Positions 1 to 12,427 of a stretch of 64,000 bases of DNA are shown one piece after another; positions within the stretch are counted from its first letter, which is position 1, and every line of letters starts with the position of its first letter. This stretch comes from Piedraia hortae CBS 480.64. Taxonomy: Eukaryota. Below the pieces are notes generated by a model that was given only the letters and a program-made list of their open reading frames with translations, was not told the origin of the DNA and ran no database searches. Where the stretch lies: contig MU005971.1 in NCBI GenBank assembly GCA_010093745.1, positions 62,001-126,000 of the forward strand, written 5' to 3'. The position numbers were made by a program, and so were the translations under genes.

Positions 1-3000
1 AGGAAGTATCGCTGACTTGCTATGCAAGTGCCCCACATACGCGCTAGCGGCGATGCTTGAATCCAAAAGTTCTCGTCCGTTCTTGAAATCAAGTAGGTAC
101 GTGATTAGGGTGGCCCTATGAGAGCATTGAAAACTTTGTCATACCTGTACGGACACTCAGCAGTCTAGCCTTCACGGAGTTCCAATCTTTTTTCTCAAGT
201 CAATTCGTCTTGTTCATGACCACGTCCAGATCCGCATCCATATCCACGTCAACGACAGTGTCAGCGGAATGAATCATATTCTTGCTAGTCATCTTGTTCT
301 CCTCGATGGAGCGCTTGACAGCGTCACGGTAATCAGGGATACATGCAAGAGGCTTGATGGTACGACGCATTGCGGGGCGGACCTTTTTATGACGGAAGGC
401 AATATTAGTCTTGCGAGACGGTCTGTGAACAGTCAGCTCTCCATTCCAGATCCCTCGCCTTTTAAAAGGACTTACCCATGATCGAAAACTTCACCATGAA
501 CAAGGGCCTTGTGGCGGCGCAGCATGCTATAAAGCCATTAGCAAAAGCTTTGCGATTATGGCTCGTACATACCGTTCGTTAGGCCAGACGAAAGCCTCGC
601 GTTTGGCGCTGATGGCGGAGGCTGGGCCTTCGGGGCCACCATGGTCACATTTGTCACAGCACAGGCGTGGTGAGGTCTTGGGGACAGAGCCAGTAGACAT
701 GGCGTTGATCGTGGTCGTGGAAGCCATGGATGCTAAAGATGAGTGATATGTGGGTGCGAGACGTTGCTAAATGCTTCAGAAGTGGAGTGACTATGTGTGT
801 TGAAGACTGTTGAGAGCTGGAAGGTTTGGGCCTGCGGCAGCGAGATCGCACAGACGCGTCTATATGCCGCGCTAGGAGGCGTAAACTTCGCGACGCGTGT
901 AGGAGTTTCCAAAATAGGAAGACACTCTGGAATTTGTTCCGCGCACAGTGGATTTTCCTTTGGATGATGGAAGGAATACAGGTATTGAGAAAGAGGGAGG
1001 TGAGGTATGTTGTATATACGCTATTTTTCGCCGATTATTGACGCTAAGCCGAATTGTAATCGGTGTCACCCAATTGGCCCTTTGCAAAATAACCAGATTC
1101 GCATTTATTGCTTCCATCTATCAACTGTTTCACGCCATGAAGTCTGGTAAGGATGGCATAATGGACAACTGATGAAGAGCCAACCGGGCTCAAGACCCGC
1201 TAGGCGAAAGTCCCACAGCGTTCACTGAGTTCAGTTGAGACCAATCATATCTAGGCAACTTCCTATGCTATGTGATTACCCAACATTACTTTCCGGAGGC
1301 TCCAAAGAACAATAAAAATCTTCTACAAAGACCAAATAATCTTCGACAAGACATGAGAACCGATCGCAGCCTGTATTCTATAAAAACATTCTTCGTGATA
1401 CTACGATACTGTGAACGGCTAACTCTTTACCGTAAGTTTGTAGGAAAAAAACGCACAAACAACGTGTGGCGATCACCGTGTGGCGATCACCGTGTTTCTC
1501 TCCACTAACAAGCACTTTTAATTTCGAAGGTATCGTAGTTTCGACGCTTGGTGTGTTTACAAGAAGCATGCGCACATTGCTTTGACCCACTCCTCCAAAA
1601 TCATCTTCCTTGACCCAAACCCACAGTCAAACACAACATCCCAACCCAGATTCATCCATCCAGACACATCATCACACGGAAATTTCCTCGTAATCATTAT
1701 GACCACAATTGCCCAGGCGATTAAGAACCTGGCCACCGCTGACCAGCTCATTGTTGATACCGTGGAGCAGAGCGTCCCGATTCGCGCCCAAGTCTGTGAT
1801 CTCTTTACTGGAAACAAGGCTGGATTTCCATGGGCTGGAATAGAGTTCGTTGAACTCTCATATTCAAAGTATGTGGGGCAAGCTGACATCAGTACTGGGC
1901 CGTGAAGCGCCATATGACCGCCGTCCACAGAGAGGCCCTCCCCCAAATGGCTACTGGGCTCACGGACATGATGATGAGCGATGCCCCCCCCCCGGGACTC
2001 GGGGGTATGGAGTATGGAGTCTTTGAATGAAGCTTTGAATGAGATCCGGCCGTGATGTGTTGCTAGTACATAGCACCTTAATTTTGTTTACCCAAGAGTT
2101 AGGTTCTAACTGTATCCACCATGTCCAATAGACTGTATGAAGAATTATAGCCGTTCAGCAGGATGATGCGCTGGTTTACTATAATATCTCTTGGCATCAG
2201 CTACCACAATATTGATGATTGGCCTAAGGATTTGTTGAAGGCGCCTGGTGAGTTTTAGATTAAGGTTTGATGTATCTCAGGCAGAGAATAGGGTTTACAC
2301 TCAGTTGTTGGCAAAGTTGGTGGATGGTGCAACTGCTTTGTGGTATCCTAGTACGGGAAATTTGTGGTTCAGTATTGTGTATATGGGTGCACAGGCTTTC
2401 TTGAGCGGGCAAACACCTTGCTCATCTTCCCTGCTTTCTTTTAACCAGACCAAGCCCACAGCCTGGATAGCGAGGCTAAATAAGTCACCATTGGTGGAGA
2501 TTCCGTTCATTGTGCCTTACTGCAAGCTTTGTGTGGAATCTGAACCATCTTATTCCACTGCAGAGTTACCAGTGTCGTTACCCGAAGAATTTGGTCAATC
2601 TTGCGCAGATGCTCTCAAAGCAAATCTCATGATACATGTAGCCAAGACCCTGTGGAAGAAAACTCTTGCCATGAACACCATCAATTGTTGACAACACCAT
2701 TGCTTCCATGCAGTGCTGAGCGTAAGCAAGGAGTTGGGCATTCTGTCTGATAGAAACCTCCATACACGATGTGAAATAAATCTTTCGAGATTCTGCCTTG
2801 AGGAGCTGCACGGAGCTGAGCTTGATGGCGAAAGGTTTTCCAGTGTACAAACAGTGCATCATTCGTCCAAACAAAGGCCTTCTCCGTTAGACTGGATTCG
2901 ACCTTGAAGTTGCTGCATCGTGATTCGCGATTTTTGGGTCTTGCTTCAGGAAGGCGGGATCTGTGTGCAACGGTTTAGGTCAGAAGTCGTGGGACACAAG

Positions 3001-3372
3001 TCATGACTTTAGAGTTTAGCTCAAATCCCTGGCAATGGAGCATTTTTTCTAAGACTTCGTTATTGAGACAATCCTTGATAGGAAGGTGCGGAAAGGGTAT
3101 ACAGCCAGGTCTACAGTCACAGGTGAGGGCTTCAAAGCTCTTTGTAGAAGTCAAACATTTGCACACAAATGGCACTCTACTGAGTTCCAGCCAAGAACAA
3201 AGAATAATTGAGCCTCGGCTTCTTCAAGCCCAAATGTAGACGCTTTCGACCCGCCAATGGCAGTCATATCAAGAAGCGAACAGAAAACACACTGAAACAC
3301 AACCTCATAAGACTGAGGAAAGGCACAGAAACAACCTCTAAACGATCTACCTAATCCCACAATCCCACACCC

Positions 3373-5820
3373 TCACAAATCCCTCATAATCTCCCTCAAC
3401 GTAATCGGCTTCCTAACCGCATTTGAATAACCCTCATGATACGTAATCCACACCCTCGGACCATCACCCTTCTTATCACTCTTCCTCGCCCTCCCCTCGT
3501 CACAAGAAACAACAACCGGCCTACCAAAAAAATCCCTCTTAACCGCCTTCCCAACAACTTTTTCCGCAGGTTTAACAGCCCCAATCCGAACGGGGAAGTG
3601 CGAGGCACCTCCACCACGCGCAAGACGAGCAGCCTCATTCTTCCTAGCCTCTTCCTTCTTCCACTCCTGCTCCAGGACCTGACGGACCGCGTAGCGTTGC
3701 TTATTCATCGCGCCGGAGAAAGGTTTCCCGCCTGTTTCGTAGAGGACTAACTCGTCAATGGCGGGGTCCATACGGTATATCCACTGGGAGTTGTTGCTTT
3801 GCCAGCTGAGTCGACCATTAGGATCTTCGTCAGAGGTTACGCGTAAGCGCTCGAAGCGAACGCCGGAGGCGGCCATGGCGGTTATGGATCTTGCGACGAG
3901 CTTTTGTTCGCTGGATTTTCGGACCGAGGCGGTCGAGGGCCCAGTCGAGGATTTGCTGTTGCTGCCGCCTACGACGACAGGATTGATGCTGGGGGAGAGC
4001 ATGCGGATGAGGTATGGGAGAAGGTCGGAGGAGATTATGGAAGGGGAGGTGAAGCTGCGGGCGAGGTGGAGAGGAAGTTTGGATTGGAGAGAGTGGAGGA
4101 GGGATTCGTGGTGTTTGGTCGATTCGTGGGCGGCCCAGGAAGCTTGAGGGCCGAGGAAGGCGTGTTTGGGCTTGCCTTGGCCTGAGTCGTCCACTGCAGT
4201 TGGCTCAGCACGGGCATATTGGGCGCGGGTGGGTGTGGCAAAGAGATGGTGGAAGGCTAGAACAGGACTGCTCAGATAAGGAGCGAGTTCCCACTCGTGG
4301 CTACCATAAACGGCTGATGAGAGATGGTCATGGAAATGAAGCCATTCATACGCCAAGTTGGGCTTTGACAGAAAGGTGTCGTCTTGGAAGGGATGGTCGG
4401 GGTAGGCAGTGAAGCAATCTGTGACGATACGATCTGTGTCGCCATGGGTATCGACGAGTTGACGCAGACGGATCAGGGCAATTCGCTTCCGCCCTTCAGC
4501 AACGCCTCTGGGACCGAAGTGCGGCGAGTCTTGACTTATATCTGATGCTGTTGATTGTGGGAAGCTGGCGCCCTCTCTGAACACACGGTCTACGATATCT
4601 TTCAGATTGCCTCGACCCAGCCCCCGTGCAGCTCCGCCGTCATCAGATAGGTCGTGCAAGACATTCTCCTCGACCCATTTCCTGGTCAAACGTATGTCTT
4701 CGCCGGTGGATTCTCGCATCGCCCGCACTTTGGCTGCAACCCATTCGCCCACAACCATAATCCCCCGTATATCGCCCTCGCCCGCTCCATTGCCACCTCG
4801 GTCTTCTCTCCGACCAGACACGCCCCAGGTCGCTTCACAAAGCCTCCGGACACCATCAGATTCACACGGAACACCCTCCCGAGCGAAGATAGACTGCATT
4901 CTGCTAGCAACGGTCTGAAGAGGCGGCTTCCGCATATGTACAATCTCCGCATGGGAACTTTGGCGTAGGGCTCGGAGAGAGGGATGATAGACATCGTTGA
5001 GGACCAAAATCAGCGGACGTAAAAGGCGGAAGCGGTCGCCCTTTTTCTTTGATGATTTTCCCACTCCTGACGAGTTCTTTTGGTCCAAGACAACGAGATC
5101 AATAAGAGCCTTAATGAAACCGCCCTCACCGGCACCACCGCCTCCAGCCACCACTCCATCCGCTTCATCAATAACTACACAGACAGGTTTACCCGCCTTA
5201 CGCACCTTTCCACTCGCAGTATTTATATTCGCCCCCCTCACGTTCTCCGTGCCCACCATATCCTTGATTCTCCCCTTGACAACCGCCGCCGTTCGCTCGT
5301 CACTTGCGTTAATCTCCTGCACCTCATATCCCGCCTGCTTCGCACACACATGAGCCAAAGTTGTCTTCCCCAGGCCCGGTGGTCCCGCTAGCATCAGAAT
5401 CTTACGAAATGGCTTCTCCTCAATGTCTTCCTTTGTCTTATCCTTGGCCGGCTTTGGACGAGACGAGCCTGGGAAAACGATCGGATCCCACTTCTTCAGC
5501 CATTGCATGACACTCCTGTGCGTGCGCTCATCGCCAATGAGATCAGTAAACTTGCGAGCGCGGTACTTTTCCGTCCATAAGAGGCCGTCGGATTTGTTGC
5601 GTGGGGATGTTCTCTTTTGCTCCGCTGGCGGTGTCGGCAAACTCAGGGATTTGGGTACTCTTTCTTCGGCTTCTGCGTCTCCCAGAAGGCGGTGGATGTC
5701 GATGCCATAGTATTCCCTTTGCGCCGAGACTTTGGTTTTCTTCGTTAATAGACTGGTGCCAAGCTCAACTGGGGCTTTTCGTTTCTTCAGGAGCGTCGGT
5801 GAGGATAGAGGTGATGCCAT
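3373..5820 (-). CDS. CTF18: Chromosome transmission fidelity protein 18 (RFC-like clamp loader large subunit)
   Basis: 815-aa ORF with LWTEKYRA, Walker A GPPGLGKTTLAH, EINASDER and the Ctf18 C-terminal motif VWITYHEGYSNAVRKPITL. Confidence 0.95.
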   Translation of the reverse strand: MASPLSSPTLLKKRKAPVELGTSLLTKKTKVSAQREYYGIDIHRLLGDAEAEERVPKSLSLPTPPAEQKRTSPRNKSDGLLWTEKYRARKFTDLIGDERTHRSVMQWLKKWDPIVFPGSSRPKPAKDKTKEDIEEKPFRKILMLAGPPGLGKTTLAHVCAKQAGYEVQEINASDERTAAVVKGRIKDMVGTENVRGANINTASGKVRKAGKPVCVVIDEADGVVAGGGGAGEGGFIKALIDLVVLDQKNSSGVGKSSKKKGDRFRLLRPLILVLNDVYHPSLRALRQSSHAEIVHMRKPPLQTVASRMQSIFAREGVPCESDGVRRLCEATWGVSGRREDRGGNGAGEGDIRGIMVVGEWVAAKVRAMRESTGEDIRLTRKWVEENVLHDLSDDGGAARGLGRGNLKDIVDRVFREGASFPQSTASDISQDSPHFGPRGVAEGRKRIALIRLRQLVDTHGDTDRIVTDCFTAYPDHPFQDDTFLSKPNLAYEWLHFHDHLSSAVYGSHEWELAPYLSSPVLAFHHLFATPTRAQYARAEPTAVDDSGQGKPKHAFLGPQASWAAHESTKHHESLLHSLQSKLPLHLARSFTSPSIISSDLLPYLIRMLSPSINPVVVGGSNSKSSTGPSTASVRKSSEQKLVARSITAMAASGVRFERLRVTSDEDPNGRLSWQSNNSQWIYRMDPAIDELVLYETGGKPFSGAMNKQRYAVRQVLEQEWKKEEARKNEAARLARGGGASHFPVRIGAVKPAEKVVGKAVKRDFFGRPVVVSCDEGRARKSDKKGDGPRVWITYHEGYSNAVRKPITLREIMRDL

Positions 5821-5835
5821 GGATTAATGAGGGAG

Positions 5836-5853
5836 AACGCGTCGCGACGCGTT
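5836..5853. promoter_or_regulatory. Paired MCB-like (ACGCGT) elements forming an 18-bp perfect palindrome upstream of CTF18
   Basis: AACGCGTCGCGACGCGTT contains two ACGCGT boxes, with more CGCG cores just beyond. MCB boxes are typical of G1/S replication genes. Confidence 0.6.
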
Positions 5854-6247
5854 AATGGCGCGACCGAGACGCGAACGAGACGCCTGCTGAGTCAGCGCTC
5901 GAGCACACCCGTCTCAGATTGAGTCAGAGTCTTGGCAGGGCACAATAATTAAGACTCTCACGCAGCTTTAATCACGTAGCCCTCTTTAGTCTATGTAGAT
6001 CAAGTCCATTAGTGTCCAATAAAATAAACAAATCTGCCATCTACTCGGCCTGTGAGCAATCACCTATAGTATGAAATGCACGCATGATGACAATCCTCAT
6101 CTAAGATCCAACGCGTCATCTACCTACGTCAAAGTGAAAACCTCCCTCTAGTCACTTCGCATCCTACACCAGCCTAACCCATCACAGCCCGGACCCCACC
6201 ACGTTGCACAACCACCAACCCCGTCTAAACCACACCTCCCCACCAAA

Positions 6248-7398
6248 ATGCCAGACTTCAACCCCTCACACTTCCTCTCCACCTGGCCCCAGCAAAACCC
6301 CTACCCAACGAATAACGACTTCCAAACCTTCATAACCAAAATCTTCTCCCTCCCCCAAAACGACACCTACATCTACCTCACCCAAAACACAGGCGTAACC
6401 CTCTCCCAAGTCCAGCAGCACATAAACTACGGCTCGGTCAACGGCCTCTGCACCTGGTACTATGATTCCACCAACTCCCAAGTAAGCCCCGCTCCCCCCT
6501 CCCCAAAAAGAAACAAAACTCCCAGAAAATTAACCCTCCCACAGCGAGCGGTTCCCACCCCCTCCGAAATCGAAGCCTACAACACCATCTTCTTCCCAGG
6601 CACCTCGACCCCCAAATCCCTCAAAAACCTATCCTCAAACGCAAAAAAAGGCTCCCTGCGGGCAGAGATCGGGGAGTATCTAAATGCAAATTACACCCCA
6701 CCCCCCGCAGGGCTAACCGTCCCCAAAACGAAGCACGTTAATCCGTATTTAGATGTGTGGATCTGGACGAATAGGTTTTTGCTGTGGGCGGGCCCTGAGC
6801 CTGGGACGGTGAGGGTTAGACATAGTCACGCCATCCTGCCCGTGCTGTATCACCATTTTGGGTGTGTGTGTCCTTCGTTTGAGGCGTTGGAGGTTATTAG
6901 GGTGCTTGCGCGGGGGAGGAGGGTGATTGATTTGGGTTCGGGGGGTGGGTATTGGAGTTTTATGCTTAGGGAGAGGGGGCTAAATGTTGTTGCTGTGGAT
7001 AGTGGGGAGAGTGAGTGGAGGTTTATGTGGGTGAGTGATACGGTGGTTTGTGAGGGGGAGAGGTGGTTGAAGAGAAATGGAGGGGTGGAGGATGTTTTGT
7101 TGATGGTTTACCCGATTGTTGGACAGGGGTTTACGGAGAGGATGGTTAGGGCGTTTAGTGAGTTTTATGGTGATTTGTGTTTACCTGGAGAAGGACTGAC
7201 GGTGGTATAGGGGGCACGACGATTATAACGGCTGGAACGCAGAATGCATCGGGGTTTACGGGGTTTGGGGAACAGACCATGGCTGAGTGGATGGAAAAAG
7301 AGACGAAGGGATGGAAGAAACTGTTGCAAATTCCGCTGCCGAGTTTTGCGGGCAGAGATGAAGCGTTGTTTGTGTTTGAGAAGGGTGGAAGGGGTTAA
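6248..7398 (+). CDS. Conserved fungal protein with a class I SAM-methyltransferase-like C-terminal domain; 2 predicted introns (6482-6544, 7158-7210)
   Basis: VIDLGSGGGYW glycine-rich motif I and VVAVDSG; GTAAGC..CAG and GTGAGT..CTGAC..TAG introns join ORFs 6248..7210 and 7177..7398. Confidence 0.75.
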
Positions 7399-7399
7399 G

Positions 7400-9424
7400 T
7401 TAGATGGCGTCTGTTGCTTCTTGTAGGTCGACGAAATGAGTCTTCATTTCCTCGGCCAGCTTGCCCTCGGTGTCGTTGATGATTGTGGCGACTAGACTGT
7501 AGTTGTTGTGTAAGAATCTTTCACGTTTTTTAGGCTCTGTGATTCCTTTGCTGAGCTTGACTAGAAAGGCTTCAAATTCTGTACGCAACCGTGAGAGGCT
7601 GCTTGAGACGGGCTCATCGTCACCAGCTTCGGTGCTAAGGTACAAGATGGCCTGGAGGAAGTTTGTGAAGCGTTGGGTCAGAGGATGAGGCGCCGCGTTC
7701 TGCGGCGTGCCCGGCGAAGCCCCAAGGCTCAGGGCGGAACCTGCAGGCTTTCCAGGTAGCGAGGCCGTTGCTCTTCGCACGCTTTCACAATGAGCATCCA
7801 TGATTTGCTGGAAGCGAGGCCAGAGAAGCATGTTTGTCCCGTTGATGTAGCCCTCGACCGATGGGATCTTACGCCGCTGCAACTCGAAAGCAAAGTGCTG
7901 CGTGAGCCGAACACATATCAAGACGCCAATGGCATCCATCGTGCCATCTATGAGATGCTTGGTCAGGTCATAACCGAGCTGGAAAGTGGGAGTCATGATC
8001 TCGTTTGACTTCCTTTGAAGGGCCTGAAAAGGCTGCTTGGAGAAGAACTCAGATAAGAAGCTGTACTCAGCCGATGCATTGTCAACAAGCGCAAGATTGA
8101 ATGCGCGGAATGGAATCTCAAAGTGATGAGTGTTCTTGTCCTCTTCAGCCACTGAGGCTGAAATGGCAGCGTCGTTGGCGTATTGGATCTTATCCCCCCG
8201 ACGTCCAATGCTAAAGGCGTCGTGATGAGATGAACCCGGCCTTGTTTTCTTTGTTGCAGGATCAACACCTAATGCATCGCTTTGATCAAATGTGAACAAG
8301 CTGAGTCTTTCGAGTGCAGTTTTGTAGCGGGTGAAGTTGCTCAGATAATACCAGCGCATCGTGTTGACGTATGCCTGGCTTACCTCTTCCGCAAGTTGCG
8401 GTTGTCTTGACGCCATGAATCCAAAGAGGCTCTTGTACTTAAGCAAAGCCGTCTGTTGGAGCACCTGGGCGTTTACGTTGGCTGTTCTCAGCGTCTTGAT
8501 CTGTGAAACTACATAGTCCCGTATCCGCTCCACAGCTCGGGCTGAGATCTTGTCAATGAGTGGCTGCACATCTTCGGCAGCCTTGATGTTTTTACGTTCC
8601 TTTAGCCGGCTTTCAATTGTCCGTGACCGTCTGTCCAGTTCGTCAAGTGCTCTGACCCAACTATCGTCCACATTGTCTTCCGTCAGCTTGCGGATAATGT
8701 GTGGTGGTGTATGCAGACACTCAATCTCAGGCCCGAGTGCTTTGTCGACTGCTCTCAGATTATCCAGCTTCTGATCAAGGGCAATGGAACGATCCTGGAG
8801 ATGTTCGATTTCTGATGAGACAGCTGCCAGGTCCGTCCTGAAACGGGTTAGATAAGTCTCGACCGCTTTTAGAGCCTCATCACATGACGAAATTGACCGA
8901 TGAAGCTCCTCAAATTTGAATTTCTCTTGCTCAAAGTCGCCATTCAGTTGGCTTCTCGCTACTTCTGGCCCTCCTTCCTCTGAAGCTCCGAGATTCGGTT
9001 CTGAAGCAACAAAATCTTCCAAGCCAAGTCCTTCAAAGTCTATATCCAGGGCGATCGAGTCCAATTCTGCATTGTTGAGCACATACAGTCCATCGCTAGT
9101 CTTGTGCGACTTGGATTTGTATTCTGGTCCCAGAATGCGGTGTAATACGTCCATCGGATCGGGCGCGCTAAGCCCGGGACTACTGCTGATTTCATTTTTC
9201 AGGCTAGTGCCAGCCGGCAGTCGCGTGGCAGGCGGCAAGCTCTCAACCGAGCCAGCCGACAGCCCAGTCAAGGAAGAAGTGCGAGGACCAAGGCCCGGTC
9301 GTCGTGGAAGAGTGCTGGGTCCCAGCTGAGCTGATCGCCTGGGCGCAGGAGAGAGGGTCCTGGGAGCTGGTGCACCTAAAGGAGTAGGCTGACTGGACTG
9401 CCCGGACAAGCGCTCCAACCACAT
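7400..9424 (-). CDS. VPS52: GARP complex subunit Vps52/Sac2
   Basis: 674-aa ORF with AYVNTMRWYY, FNLALVDNASAEYSF, LLWPRFQQIMDAHCES and FLHNNYSLV. Confidence 0.93.
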   Translation of the reverse strand: MWLERLSGQSSQPTPLGAPAPRTLSPAPRRSAQLGPSTLPRRPGLGPRTSSLTGLSAGSVESLPPATRLPAGTSLKNEISSSPGLSAPDPMDVLHRILGPEYKSKSHKTSDGLYVLNNAELDSIALDIDFEGLGLEDFVASEPNLGASEEGGPEVARSQLNGDFEQEKFKFEELHRSISSCDEALKAVETYLTRFRTDLAAVSSEIEHLQDRSIALDQKLDNLRAVDKALGPEIECLHTPPHIIRKLTEDNVDDSWVRALDELDRRSRTIESRLKERKNIKAAEDVQPLIDKISARAVERIRDYVVSQIKTLRTANVNAQVLQQTALLKYKSLFGFMASRQPQLAEEVSQAYVNTMRWYYLSNFTRYKTALERLSLFTFDQSDALGVDPATKKTRPGSSHHDAFSIGRRGDKIQYANDAAISASVAEEDKNTHHFEIPFRAFNLALVDNASAEYSFLSEFFSKQPFQALQRKSNEIMTPTFQLGYDLTKHLIDGTMDAIGVLICVRLTQHFAFELQRRKIPSVEGYINGTNMLLWPRFQQIMDAHCESVRRATASLPGKPAGSALSLGASPGTPQNAAPHPLTQRFTNFLQAILYLSTEAGDDEPVSSSLSRLRTEFEAFLVKLSKGITEPKKRERFLHNNYSLVATIINDTEGKLAEEMKTHFVDLQEATDAI

Positions 9425-9618
9425 GCCTCTCGTGAGGCGTCCTGCGCCAAACGCATGAGGTGCCTTGGCCGGGAAAGGCTTAGCGTCTTCTGATTTGGGA
9501 TTAGGGTGGATCTCCCCGCTCCCCCACTTTGGTCACCAATTTTGCGTTTTGTCCACCATCATCTTTTACTTCCCACAGTCGACTTCTTTCCCCAAAGCGT
9601 TTACTTTGATCTTCAAAA

Positions 9619-10301
9619 ATGGCGGCCAACGACGATGCGCAGGTAAGTAACCGCGCCTTCGCCCTGCATGGCCACGCTTGCATAGTGGCCGGCGCTGTCG
9701 GACCCCGCGTTCACTAACACTCTCACAGCATGAGCTCGAATTCGAGAGCGCCGATGCCGGCGCCTCCACCACGTACCCAATGCAATGCTCAGCTCTGCGT
9801 AAGAACGGATTCGTTGTCATCAAGAACCGCCCCTGCAAGATTGTCGAAATGAGCACCTCCAAGACGGGAAAGCATGGTCACGCAAAGGTGCACTTGGTTG
9901 CCATTGACATCTTCACTGGCAAAAAATTGGAAGATCTTTCGCCATCTACGCACAACATGGATGTCCCCAATGTGCGCCGCCAGGAATACCAACTTGTAAG
10001 TGGGCCTTGGGACTATGGATTTGTAATGATGGTCTGACTTTGCATGAAGCTTGACATCACCGACGACGGATTTTTGTCGCTGATGACTGATTCGGGCGAT
10101 ACGAAAGACGATGTGAAAGTTCCCGAGGGGGACGTTGGGGACAAGATTCACAAGTTGTTTACCGATGAGGGCAAGGACACCAGTAAGTTGACGGGCAGCC
10201 ATGAATGAACAGCTCAAATTAATATCTTTACAGATGTCATTGTCCTTACTGCCATGGGTGAGGAAGCCGCGATTGATGCCAAGGAGGCCCCGAAGGGTTA
10301 G
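9619..10301 (+). CDS. TIF51A: Translation factor eIF5A; 4 exons (introns 9643-9728, 9996-10049, ~10183-10233)
   Basis: Hypusine motif [26 protein letters not shown]-terminal [15 protein letters not shown]. Intron 2 uses an AAG acceptor, which restores YQLLDITDDG. Confidence 0.97.
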
Positions 10302-10688
10302 ATTGAGAGCGGTACACGCTGTGCCGTTGCGATACCCGGAGCTAATGATAAACCAATGAACGCTTCGGCACAGCTAGGTTTGCAGCGCAGCCTTGTAGCA
10401 GCCATAAGAAGGATAATGCGTTGCTGCTTTCTGCAGAGAAACCCCTCATGTAGAAAGTATCTAGCCACTAGACATTTATGACAAAAGTCTGCGTGGTGAA
10501 TATTAAATGTTTGCTTGTTTTTGTTACTCTGATAGTTTGGTATCGTGGCCCTTTTAACAGAAACCATCTTGGTGTTTCTTGCCCTGGGAAATCATGCATT
10601 CAAAGCCTTTGGAATTTCATCAACCTGCGGCCGTGACGCAATTGCTCTCCGCGCTGACATTGACGTCAACGAACAACAAACTGTTTCA

Positions 10689-12427
10689 ATGCCTAAAAAA
10701 CGGCCCTGCAACATTTGCAATTCGAGGAGTTTCAGTACTGGCGATGACGGTTATACATACTGCAGAAATGGGCATCAGCAGGCAGACGTAGGTGATACCA
10801 TATATAGACTTGATAGTAGAAGATGACTTTGTCTAGCTAGGTGCCACCATTGCGGAAGATACTGGAGACTTGGTTCAGCGTGGAAGAACTAGCCGCATAA
10901 AAGCATCCAGCAACGAGCCAAACGGTCAAAGTGCCCTCTCTGTATACCTTCAAGGCTGACGGGGAAACAGTCTATGTTCTTCGAGGTTCCGAGGCTATTG
11001 AGCTCTATCTTCTTTGTATCCAACTCATTTTGCGAAAGCAGTTACGATGGTTGGTTCAAGTACAACAGTTCCCCAAAGAACTGGAAGTTCTTGTGAGAGA
11101 GCTGTGGTCACTGTGCTTACAGAAGTCGTATGCTGGGACCCCTACCCCAGTGGGATCGGATGCTGAGTCCGAATCTCAATCACAGTGCTTCTACTCGCAG
11201 TCCGAAACAGATGCGTCGACTTCACAAAGATCTCGTTCGAAAAATCGAACAGGTATCGATAAGGAGCCCGGGATTCACGACTGTCTTTGTCTATGTTATA
11301 TCGGCCTTCTCCTTCTTCGGGAATCGGTCACACTCGCAGATTTCCACTCTTGGGCAATGAAGGGACAGATATTGTATCATCACGCGGCACTGGAAGTGCC
11401 ATCAGCTATGAAAGAGCGCTTGCCTGCAAGGTATCAGGGTAGGCTCGAACCTCTGGCACTCGACAGACCAGAGAAGCTCCATCAAAATTTGATAGAACTC
11501 TTGACGGGGTTCAGCACGGAGTTGAAGATGGTATGTCCTCCGATCAATCATGCTGCTATTCTCTACGAATGGGTGCACAAACTGGCGTTGCCGGTCGAGA
11601 TATTTGTTGCAACCAATCGACTAGCAAACGCCTTGCACATCAACTTTTCATTCGAATTGGGTCGACGCACTGTAATGACTGACCATCTTCTACGGAATCC
11701 AGAATGCAAGCTCATGGCTTTGCTCGTTGTTTCTGTCAAGCTCCTGTTTCCGTTGGTCGAACAAGAAACTTATGTCACTGCGCACGATGACCTGACCTCG
11801 CTATCCTTGGACTGGTCGGTTTGGGAGGAGGCCCAGAACAGATCTACCGAATCACGAAAGATTATGAGCTACCAACAAGCTCTGGATCTATCCGAAGAGG
11901 AGATTGCAACTGGCAGCCCAGACTTGCTCGATCAATACATGGATATTATCGAACAGAATGTTACAAGCGAGATTATTCGCGAGCACAGGAAGAAAAACCA
12001 AGTCAGTGGACAGACTGAACTCAGGCAAGCATTGTTTCAGATGTTTCCTCTGGAGTCCAAATCTCAATCCAGAACTGTTCCAGACAACGCTGAATTTGAC
12101 GCAGCCCTGGAGGCCGAAAGACAGCGAGTACGCATGGTTCAGCGTTCACGCCAACCGAGGCCTATAGCAAGTGATGCCGGACCCATTGGCAGTAGATATC
12201 GCCGCTATAGAACCCCAAATGACCTGGATGGTGTTGCAAGACGATTTCATGAGAAGGCCGCAGATCTGGCGGCAATGCCACTGGAAATACTACTGAGAGC
12301 AGTACACTCGATCGAGTCGCAATTGAGCGAAGACAAAGTCCGACGGGCAGCCAGAGAAAGGAGCAGGAACACACCAATGAGCGCCGATGAAAGCCGCACG
12401 AGCACACCTGCATCTTTACAAACATAG
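10689..12427 (+). CDS. RRN7: RNA polymerase I core factor subunit Rrn7 (TAF1B); spliced
   Basis: N-terminal Zn ribbon CNIC...DDGYTYCRNGHQQ, then LYLLCIQLILRKQLRWLV..VRELWSL and LCYIGLLLLRESVTLADF; two short introns near 10788 and 10931. Confidence 0.85.

Noticed and set aside
1463..1495. 14-bp tandem repeat CGTGTGGCGATCAC x2.3
   Set aside because: Simple local duplication with no spacers; not CRISPR-like.
1..3300. Short ORFs and an intron-like GTAAGT..GCTGAC..CAG on the minus strand near 420-477
   Set aside because: Frames are broken by stops and match no family I recognise; probably degenerate sequence.
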